NCBI GenBank assembly: GCA_043822925.1
Contig: JBDRBF010000028.1
Location: forward strand, 1-18,557
Origin: a bacterium
Lineage (GTDB): Bacteria; Babelota; Babeliae; Babelales; RVW-14
Direction of reading: 5' to 3'
DNA length: 18,557 nt
The number at the start of each line of letters is the position of its first letter. Within the stretch, counting starts at the first letter, position 1. The translations under genes were made by a program, and so were the position numbers. Below, piece after piece: positions 8,233 through 15,635 of the stretch. The notes under the pieces were generated by a model. That model made no database searches. It worked only from the letters and a program-made list of their open reading frames with translations, and was not told the origin of the DNA.

Positions 8233-9936
8233 ATGTTAAAACCAAAAATCTTGGATACGCTCAAAAATTATTCACTACAACTATTTCTTAATGATTTAAT
8301 GGCTGGTTTTATTGTCGGAATCGTAGCTTTACCACTTGCTATTGCCTTTGCAATAGCAAGTGGTGTTACCCCAGACAAAGGCATCTATACTGCAATTATC
8401 GCAGGCTTTATTATTTCTGCGCTTGGCGGCAGCCGCATCCAAATTGGTGGACCAACCGGAGCTTTTGTTGCGATTTTATACGGAATTGTTCTTCAGCACG
8501 GCATACCTGGACTACTCGTTGCAACTATGCTCGCTGGTTTTATGCTCATAATAATGGGACTCGCGAAATTCGGATCGGTCATTAAATTCATACCACATTC
8601 TGTTATTGTTGGTTTTACCGCAGGACTTGCCCTGCTCATCATGTCTTCGCAAATAAGTGAGCTTCTGGGACTCAACTTACACAAGCTCCCTGTAGACTTT
8701 GTCGAAAAAATGCACATGATTTACCATAATTTAGACAAAACAAACATATATGCTCTATTTATATGCACAAGCACCATGCTAAGCATATTTATCATGAGCA
8801 AACTTTCTAGATACATTCCAGGCTCTCTCATCGCAATAATTATAACAGCCGCACTCGTAAAAATATTTAACATACCTGTCGAGACAATTGGCTCCCGTTT
8901 CGGCGAAATTCCTCACCATTTTCCATCATTCGCCTGGCCAACTATTAATTTTAAAACGGTTCAACAATTACTTAATCCAGCTTTTACTATAGCCCTACTT
9001 GGTGCGATAGAAACACTACTATCTGACGTTGTCGCAGATAGTATGATCGGCGGGAAACACCGTCCCAATATGGAACTTATTGCTCTAGGCATAGCAAATA
9101 TTGCCAGTCCCCTATTTGGTGGATTACCTGCAACAGGTGCCATGGCAAAAACCACGACAAATTTTAAAAGCGGTGGACGCACTCCTATAGCAGGAATTTT
9201 TCACGCTTTTGTTATTTTAGTTATAATGCTCTTTTTTGGAAAACTTGCAGGCCTCATACCTCTTTCATGTTTAGCCGGAATTTTAATAATCGTTGCATAT
9301 AACATGAGTGAATGGCGAGGAGCTATCGCAATAATAAAAACATCTGTAAGTAGCGCCTTTGTTCTGATTATCACATTTGTGCTCACAATAGTTGTCGACC
9401 TAACAGTCGCTCTAGAAATAGGTTTAATTTTAGCGACACTCATCTTTGTACGTAACATGAGTCTATACACAAACATATCAATTTTAATGCCAACAACTGG
9501 ATCAAACAATAATACAAATATAGACACTAATACAGACACAAATTCTGATGATAGCATTGACAGTGAAATCGATCTCACGCTTACTGTTAAAAAAAATATT
9601 CCAGCAGAAACAATCGTTTATGAAATTAATGGGCCACTTTTTTTTGGTGCCGCTTATAAATTCAAAGAAGCTCTTGCAACCATCGCCAACACGCCAAAAG
9701 TAATAATTTTACGTATGAGACATGTCCCAATGATCGATTCAACAGGATTACATTTGCTTGAAGAATCAATTCATCAACTGAGCAAAAAAGGTGTAGTCTT
9801 TATTATCTCTGGAGCTCAGCCACAAGTCTCACACCTCCTGAAAAACTCTGGAATCGTAAAAAAAATTGGCATAGAAAATATTTGTGAAACATTTGATAAA
9901 GCACTTAAACGCGCTACTGACTTGTGTAAAAAATAA
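8233..9936 (+). CDS. SulP/SLC26-family anion transporter with STAS domain
   Basis: DLMAGFIVGIVALPLAIAFAIASG, GGSRIQIGGPTGAF, multiple TM segments, STAS motifs YEINGPLFFGAA and RMRHVPMIDSTG. Confidence 0.95.
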   Translation: MLKPKILDTLKNYSLQLFLNDLMAGFIVGIVALPLAIAFAIASGVTPDKGIYTAIIAGFIISALGGSRIQIGGPTGAFVAILYGIVLQHGIPGLLVATMLAGFMLIIMGLAKFGSVIKFIPHSVIVGFTAGLALLIMSSQISELLGLNLHKLPVDFVEKMHMIYHNLDKTNIYALFICTSTMLSIFIMSKLSRYIPGSLIAIIITAALVKIFNIPVETIGSRFGEIPHHFPSFAWPTINFKTVQQLLNPAFTIALLGAIETLLSDVVADSMIGGKHRPNMELIALGIANIASPLFGGLPATGAMAKTTTNFKSGGRTPIAGIFHAFVILVIMLFFGKLAGLIPLSCLAGILIIVAYNMSEWRGAIAIIKTSVSSAFVLIITFVLTIVVDLTVALEIGLILATLIFVRNMSLYTNISILMPTTGSNNNTNIDTNTDTNSDDSIDSEIDLTLTVKKNIPAETIVYEINGPLFFGAAYKFKEALATIANTPKVIILRMRHVPMIDSTGLHLLEESIHQLSKKGVVFIISGAQPQVSHLLKNSGIVKKIGIENICETFDKALKRATDLCKK

Positions 9937-9953
9937 AAACAAATAGACGCATT

Positions 9954-10532
9954 TTATTCCCCAAGAAGCGCATCTATTTTCTTGAGATGCTTATTAATAT
10001 TGTCTTTATTCACGCTTGCAACACTCGTAATTTCATACATAAGATTTTTTTTAATCCCAACAAACCTAAAAATCGTTTTAATTTGTTTACGTAAGCAATT
10101 GCCGGTTCCCAGAACTTTATATATCCAGGGCATACCCATAGTAGCAACAACAAACGTCTTTTTTATATGATGTTTTTGCTTATTGGGGTTATACCCATTT
10201 TCGTCCAATGCAAACCCAGCAACCAAATCAAACCATGCTTTTAATATACCCGGCATACAAAATGTATAAACCGGGAAACAAATAACCAGTATATCTGCGT
10301 CAAAAAACTGTTTTTTGCTCTCCTGAAAAAACTCAAATTCTTCCAGCGAAGTCTTAGTCGTTGATAGCTCTTTTTGAGCCTGTGTATAAAATGGAATATG
10401 GCGATTATGTTTATACAAATCGAGTTTAGTAACCTCATGACCCTGCTTCTCAAACCTATTTATAATATGCTTAAACAAAAATCGATTCAAACAAACTTGC
10501 TTATCATGAGCCAAAACAGCCAGCACTTTCAT
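9954..10532 (-). CDS. Flavodoxin-fold NAD(P)H-dependent oxidoreductase (quinone/azoreductase-like, Flavodoxin_2)
   Basis: MKVLAVLAH, GHEVTKLDLY, ADILVICFPVYTFCMPGILKAWFD, VVATMG. Confidence 0.88.
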   Translation of the reverse strand: MKVLAVLAHDKQVCLNRFLFKHIINRFEKQGHEVTKLDLYKHNRHIPFYTQAQKELSTTKTSLEEFEFFQESKKQFFDADILVICFPVYTFCMPGILKAWFDLVAGFALDENGYNPNKQKHHIKKTFVVATMGMPWIYKVLGTGNCLRKQIKTIFRFVGIKKNLMYEITSVASVNKDNINKHLKKIDALLGE

Positions 10533-10659
10533 AAACCTACTCTTTCACCATAAATACCCATAAACCTGGCATACTTGCCGTAATTCTACTTACTTGTCAT
10601 AATTATACTTAATTATCAATCAGAGCAATAATTTTACGTTAAAATTTTCAGGAGTTTTC

Positions 10660-12108
10660 ATGGAAATCCGTACCAGATTCGCCCCCAGCCCTACCGGCTA
10701 TGTTCACGTTGGAGGCCTACGAACCGCACTTTATAGTTATTTATACGCAAAAAAGCATACCGGCTCATTTCTTTTACGCATAGAAGACACAGATAAAACG
10801 CGAGAAGTTCCAGGCTCGCTTGAAAATATTATAAAAGCTTTAAACTGGGCTGGAATAACTTTTGACGAAGGCCCCGGCAAAAACGAAAAATACGGCCCCT
10901 ATATCCAATCAGAACGCCTAGATCTTTACAAAAAACATGCCGAACAATTAGTAGCAGCCGGACACGCGTATTACTGTTTTTGCTCGTCTGAACGTCTGGC
11001 AACAGTACGCGAACAACAAACAGCTGCAAAGATGCCACCAGCGTACGATAAACATTGTCGCCATTTAACCCCAGAGCAAGTACAACAAAAGTTAGCAGAA
11101 AATCCCACGCACGTCATACGCATGAAAATACCAACAGAAGGCCAAGTAACGTTTACAGACTTAATACGTGGCCCCGTAACGTTTAATTTTAAAGTAGTCG
11201 ATGATCAAGTTATTTTAAAATCTGACGGCTTTCCAACATATCACCTAGCTGCCGTTATCGATGACCATTTTATGAAAATAACACACGTAATACGTGGTGA
11301 AGAATGGCTCTCAAGTACGCCAAAACACTTATTGTTATACAAATATTTCGGCTGGCAAGCTCCTGAATTTGCACACTTACCCCTACTGCTTAATCCAGAT
11401 AAAAGTAAATTAAGTAAACGCCAAGGCGATGTAGCCGTCGAAGATTATCGAGATAAAGGCTACCTGAAAGATGCACTAGTTAACTTTGTTGCTCTTTTAG
11501 GCTGGAACCCCGGTGAAGGCACAACACGCGAGATATTCTCACTCGAAGAACTTATTCAAGAATTCTCGCTCGAGCATGTTGGCAAATCTGGTTCTGTATT
11601 TAACCTAGAAAAGCTTAACTGGCTCAACCAGCAATATATACACTACAAAACAACTGACCAAGAATTATTGGCACTTTTAAAACCATTATTTATAGAACAA
11701 AATTGGGTAAATTTTTCAGACAACTTTTTCTTAAAAGTTATAAACTTAATAAAAGACAGAGCAATAATCTTGCCAGATTTTGTTGTGCATGGACGTGTTT
11801 GTTTTGAATGTCCAACAGAGTTTGACGCCAAAATGCGTGAAAAAGGCTGGCTACTAGAAACACCTGCAATCATGGCAGAGCTTGCGCAAAAACTCTCACA
11901 AGCCCCTGTTCTTGATCTGGCGACAATAGAACAAATATTACGCGCGCATGCTGAATCCAACCAACTAAGTCTTGGAAAACTCATGCTCCCATTACGCCTG
12001 GCTCTTACTGGCGTGGCCCAAGGACCAAGCATGTTTCATTTAATCGAAGTCTTAGATAAAGAAGAAACAGTTTTACGTATTAATAACGCAATAACGGCTC
12101 TTAAATAA
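10660..12108 (+). CDS. gltX: Glutamate--tRNA ligase
   Basis: RTRFAPSPTGYVHVGG (HIGH motif), LRIEDTD, YYCFCS..YDKHCRH zinc site, DGFPTYHLA, HVIRGEEW, KLSKR (KMSKS motif); RBS AGGAG. Confidence 0.98.
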   Translation: MEIRTRFAPSPTGYVHVGGLRTALYSYLYAKKHTGSFLLRIEDTDKTREVPGSLENIIKALNWAGITFDEGPGKNEKYGPYIQSERLDLYKKHAEQLVAAGHAYYCFCSSERLATVREQQTAAKMPPAYDKHCRHLTPEQVQQKLAENPTHVIRMKIPTEGQVTFTDLIRGPVTFNFKVVDDQVILKSDGFPTYHLAAVIDDHFMKITHVIRGEEWLSSTPKHLLLYKYFGWQAPEFAHLPLLLNPDKSKLSKRQGDVAVEDYRDKGYLKDALVNFVALLGWNPGEGTTREIFSLEELIQEFSLEHVGKSGSVFNLEKLNWLNQQYIHYKTTDQELLALLKPLFIEQNWVNFSDNFFLKVINLIKDRAIILPDFVVHGRVCFECPTEFDAKMREKGWLLETPAIMAELAQKLSQAPVLDLATIEQILRAHAESNQLSLGKLMLPLRLALTGVAQGPSMFHLIEVLDKEETVLRINNAITALK

Positions 12109-12145
12109 ATTAAATAATTAATTTATTAGTTTATTAATTAAACGC

Positions 12146-12190
12146 ATATAGCAAAAAGCCCCGATAATACATCGGGGATTTTTGCTATAT
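12146..12190. terminator. Bidirectional intrinsic terminator between gltX and the convergent pseudogene
   Basis: ATATAGCAAAAAGCCCCGAT-AATAC-ATCGGGGATTTTTGCTATAT: GC-rich stem with A/T tracts on both sides. Confidence 0.85.
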
Positions 12191-12206
12191 AATCAAACTT
12201 CTATTA

Positions 12207-13359
12207 TCAAAATAACCGTAAGACTTTCTTCGGGTCAAATGGCCCAGTAGAAAATTCTACCAAAATCCTACTTTCCACCATTTTTTTAAGTCTTGTACTT
12301 GTTGTTCTCGGGGTAACAGCCCAAAGAGCCTGTGCTTTTTTAGGGGATATCGTCTTATGTTTTTTTTAAATACTCTTTTATTGGCTTATCCCAATCACCA
12401 ATAATATTCTGCTTCTGTTTTTCATGATACAACGTTACTTTAAAAAAATTACCCACTTCTTCAAACTTTGGAGCAAGAATTCCATGCTGCTGGCAAACAG
12501 TCTGCATTCTTTTAAAACCAGAACCCCACTGTTCTATTAACTCAAGCTCCCTAAACACACGCCCAATAACCCGGTTACGCAACGGTGAAATCCCAGACAA
12601 TGGCAGCTTCCATACTGAGACCAAACGGCAAACATCCCGAATTAGTTATTTCTATACGGTCATCAAAAATTGCAACGTGAATCGAAGCTCCCATAATTGA
12701 ATAATCAGTATGTACCAAGGCATTAGTTATCGCCTCTCTTAAAACAACATCTGGATATTGTAGAACTTTCTTATGCCTTGTGGCCCCAATTTCAATTGCC
12801 ATTGAAGTATGGCGTCTAATAAAAGAAAGCACATGCTTTAAAGCAACTGAAATTTTGAAATATTATTAAAAAATTCTTTTGCTAACTCAAGATTAATATT
12901 TGATAAAGCACAAGAAAAATTAGGCTGTTCATCAAAGTGTTTATATTCCTGTAGGCGCTGTATTTGTGAAATAGTTTAGCTATCAGCAAGCCGATTCATT
13001 GAACCAAGACGAACATAAGTCCCCCCTGACATACCTTTTGCTTTAATATAAAATGGACCAAAACGGTGCGGCACCGAAACAATAAGAAGATCACGGCTTT
13101 GTAACGTATAAAACAGAAATGATGGGAATATTTGCGGAAAAACTGAGTCAGCAACGGCACTGGCTAATTTTTCTTCTTCTTGAAGAACATCTCCCAGCCC
13201 AACGACCTCTTTTGTTTTATCTGCGATTCCAATAATCAGTGAGCCTCCCGCAGTATTTGCAAACGCGACTATTGTTTGAATTATTTTTTGTAAAGACGTG
13301 GTACATTCTTTGAACTCAAGTGTCTTGCCTTTATTTTGAATTAGTAATTCGTTTATCAT
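12207..13359 (-). pseudogene. Degraded AlbA_2 (Schlafen-like) + HATPase_c_4 + winged-HTH gene (family often annotated as ATP-binding protein / RecG-like transcriptional regulator)
   Basis: Fragments read in order: KTLEFKE..IVAFANTAGGSLIIG..YVRLGS; LREAITNALVHTDYS..IFDDRIEITNSG; LRNRVIGRVFRELELIEQWGSG; AQALWAVTPRTTSTRLKKMVESRIL ending at TGA 12207-12209. Interrupted by an in-frame stop (12976-12978), a frame change near 12855, and frameshifts near 12601 and 12360. Confidence 0.88.
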
Positions 13360-13490
13360 ACAAAAACCCCTTAAATCACCGAGCAATCATAACTTATTTC
13401 TTCTCTACCTAGAAAACAACCTAGAAACCAACAATGCACAAGCGCTTCTAGGTTTGCACATAAAAAACCCGCCAAACAGACGACATGCAT

Positions 13491-13528
13491 AAAAAAAGCC
13501 CCGACTTTTTATCATCGAGGCTTTTCTT
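13491..13528 (-). terminator. Intrinsic terminator downstream of the PHP phosphatase gene
   Basis: Minus strand reads AAAAGCCTCGA-loop-TCGGGGCTTTTTTT, about 35 nt after the stop at 13562. Confidence 0.7.
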
Positions 13529-13561
13529 AAAATCAAAACAAAAAATTAATCCCAAATATTT

Positions 13562-14377
13562 TTATATCTTCACAAAAACAGGCTGTCTATTTTCAAAATA
13601 CGTAACATATTTAAAACCAATTTCAGCCAACTGTTTAATCACAACTTCAAAATTACTGCCGATACTTGACGAACTGTGTGCATCAGAACCAATGGTTATA
13701 ATCTGACCACCGAGCTCTTTATATCGTTTTATAACCCCATATTCAGGATGAGTAAAACCAAGTTTGCGTGCAAGCCCGGCCGTATTAATCTCTATCCCCT
13801 TGCCATTTTCTATAATTTTTTTAAAAATCATATCTAATAAATTTTTTTGATCTTCATATTTTAAAGCAGGATCTGTATATGGGCTATAACGACACGCATA
13901 GCCAATGTGTCCAACAACATCAAAATCGTTACCCATTGCACAAACAGATTCGTAAATCTCTTCAAGATATCGCGTATACGCTTGATTCTTAGTCTTATTA
14001 TCATAAAACCCACCATCGCTACCAAGACTTTTTCTATCAACAGAGTGAACCGAACAAATAACAAAATCAAAATTATATGTATTTACAATCTCTGCTGACT
14101 TGAGTGCTACATGCGGCTGAAAGCCAAGCTCTAAGCCTTTTAATATTTTAATCTTACCGGCAAAATCATGTTGGGCCTGATTCAAAACACGGATACGTTG
14201 TTCAAAATCAAAAGATAAATCCATTGCCGGATCTGGGTAGTCTAAATCCATGTGATCAGTAAATATAAGCCCACCAAGTCCATTTTTAATGGCACTCTGA
14301 ACTCCATCTCTAACAGCCATTTGGCTATCAGCAGAAAAATAGCTATGCGTATGACAGTCGACGATAGATTTTAACAT
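13562..14377 (-). CDS. PHP-family phosphatase, histidinol-phosphatase HisJ type
   Basis: DCHTHSYFSAD, FTDH, GLELG, DFVICSVH, DVVGHIGY, GIEINTAG, ITIGSDAH. True substrate not determinable from sequence. Confidence 0.88.
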   Translation of the reverse strand: MLKSIVDCHTHSYFSADSQMAVRDGVQSAIKNGLGGLIFTDHMDLDYPDPAMDLSFDFEQRIRVLNQAQHDFAGKIKILKGLELGFQPHVALKSAEIVNTYNFDFVICSVHSVDRKSLGSDGGFYDNKTKNQAYTRYLEEIYESVCAMGNDFDVVGHIGYACRYSPYTDPALKYEDQKNLLDMIFKKIIENGKGIEINTAGLARKLGFTHPEYGVIKRYKELGGQIITIGSDAHSSSSIGSNFEVVIKQLAEIGFKYVTYFENRQPVFVKI

Positions 14378-14511
14378 CCGGCACCTTTATATAATATAAA
14401 AAATAGCATAAAAAAGGCCCCCAATAATTTATATACTCCTATTTTACGCTAAAATTACATTTTCAGCAAAAACCCTGTTTTTATAACGTTTTTAGTTTAA
14501 AATATGCCACT

Positions 14512-14549
14512 TTGCACCCATGTGCAATAAACAGCCCATATGCTATACT
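14512..14549 (+). promoter_or_regulatory. Putative extended -10 promoter with a palindromic operator-like site
   Basis: TG-C-TATACT (14541-14549); palindrome TTGCAC-CCAT-GTGCAA (14512-14527) overlaps the -35 position. Confidence 0.45.
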
Positions 14550-14651
14550 GATAAAACGTGGGGTTTTCTTATACAAGGTACACAAATCTGTCCTAAAAAA
14601 TGGGATCTAACGATTCTAAATAGTTCTGGAATACCAAGAAGGGGTATATTT

Positions 14652-15350
14652 ATGTATAACAATTTTGATAATAATTACTCAGGCACAAATTCAATAACCA
14701 AGGTTATGTACAAAGTATATGCATGGATGGGGGCTGCGCTGGCTATAACAGCCGCGACAGCATATGGCGTGTATTCACATACACCACTATTCACTGCGCT
14801 TGTAACCAATAAACTTCTGTATCTTGGTCTGATTCTTACGCAATTTGCACTCGTTCTGGCCCTCTCATTTTTCTTAAAAAAGATGAGCTTTGGCTCAGCA
14901 GCCCTTGCATACATCGTGTACGCTATAACATCTGGCGCAACACTTTCAGTTATATTCGCGCTCTATCAATTACCATCAATCGTAACTATATTGTGCGTTA
15001 CGATGGCAATGTTTTTTGTAATGGCCCTTTATGGTTATTACACAAAAGCTGATTTGACCAGCATGGGTAACATCATGCTCATTGCTCTTTTTGGATTTAT
15101 TATTGCAAGTGTCGTTAATATGTTTTTACACAATAGTATGCTTGAACTTTTTTGCGCATGGCTCGGTGTAATAATTTTTACCGGCTTAATTGCATATGAT
15201 ACGCAAAAAATAAAAGATATCTCAGCTAACATGATCGAACAAGGCGAGCCAACAAACAAAATCGCATTATTCGGCGCATTAACGCTTTATCTTGACGTCG
15301 TAAACTTATTCTTAAGTTTATTAAGATTATTTGGTAAAAAGAAAGACTAA
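14652..15350 (+). CDS. Bax inhibitor-1/YccA (YbhL-like) membrane protein
   Basis: KVYAWM, GYYTKADLTSMG, GVIIFTGLIAYDTQKIK, GALTLYLDVVNLFLSLLRLFG; about 7 TM segments. ATG 14652 follows AAGGGG and is preferred over 14520. Confidence 0.93.
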   Translation: MYNNFDNNYSGTNSITKVMYKVYAWMGAALAITAATAYGVYSHTPLFTALVTNKLLYLGLILTQFALVLALSFFLKKMSFGSAALAYIVYAITSGATLSVIFALYQLPSIVTILCVTMAMFFVMALYGYYTKADLTSMGNIMLIALFGFIIASVVNMFLHNSMLELFCAWLGVIIFTGLIAYDTQKIKDISANMIEQGEPTNKIALFGALTLYLDVVNLFLSLLRLFGKKKD

Positions 15351-15400
15351 CGAAGTCCGACGTAGCCCTACGAAGCCCCCTGGGCGTAGTATGGGCGAAG
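15350..15400. repeat. GC-rich REP-like nested palindromic element
   Basis: ACGAAGTCCG ACGTAGCCCT ACGAAGCCCC C TGGGCGTAGTA TGGGCGAAG: five CGWAG motifs, with GCCC/GGGC arms, directly after the stop codon. Confidence 0.55.
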
Positions 15401-15537
15401 AATAACGACATGATTTCTTGACACCCATACAATGGAAAACTTGAGAAAATTAGCCGTAAATACCTCGAAAATCTTTCAAAACACCTTGATTTCAGCACGC
15501 TCAAGCAAACAAACATTAAAAATATCTATAGAAAAAA

Positions 15538-15579
15538 GTGCACATGTTTGGTATAAATTTTTATACCAAACATGTGCAC
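15538..15579. repeat. 42-bp palindrome (perfect 20-bp arms, 2-nt spacer)
   Basis: GTGCACATGTTTGGTATAAA-TT-TTTATACCAAACATGTGCAC. Confidence 0.95.
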
Positions 15580-15618
15580 AAAAAAGAAGCCTGGCCAAAC
15601 AACCAAGCTTCTTTTTTT
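15580..15618. terminator. Intrinsic terminator, probably bidirectional, ending the SBP-pLGIC operon
   Basis: AAAAAAGAAGCCTGG-CCAAACAA-CCAAGCTTCTTTTTTT. Fully paired (one G-U) on the minus strand, about 17 nt after the stop at 15636. Confidence 0.8.
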
Positions 15619-15635
15619 GAAAATCTAAGAAATAA

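Noticed and set aside
7722-8264. 180-aa antisense ORF, and other antisense or alternate-frame ORFs inside the WD40, sulP, gltX, PHP, BI-1 and pLGIC genes
   Set aside because: They overlap well-supported genes and have no recognisable motifs; treated as shadow ORFs.
9500-9572. Asn/Thr/Asp-rich quasi-repeat in sulP
   Set aside because: In-frame low-complexity stretch in the variable region at the start of the STAS domain; no regular repeat unit.
12355-13386. Three separate small genes or programmed frameshifting
   Set aside because: The fragments are collinear parts of one family, and four independent lesions fit decay better than recoding.
14520-14651. N-terminal extension of the BI-1 family ORF
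   Set aside because: It overlaps promoter-like sequence; ATG 14652 has an RBS and gives the typical family length.
15350-15400. Possible CRISPR array
   Set aside because: Units are about 10 bp with no spacers, and there are no cas genes in the window.
15538-15579. Palindrome as a dif, parS or protelomerase site
   Set aside because: It does not match the dif or parS consensus and no resolvase or protelomerase gene is in the window; kept only as an unexplained palindrome.
15226-15620. Short ORFs 15226..15516 (-) and 15432..15620 (+)
   Set aside because: They run through the repeat, palindrome or terminator, with no RBS or recognisable protein features.
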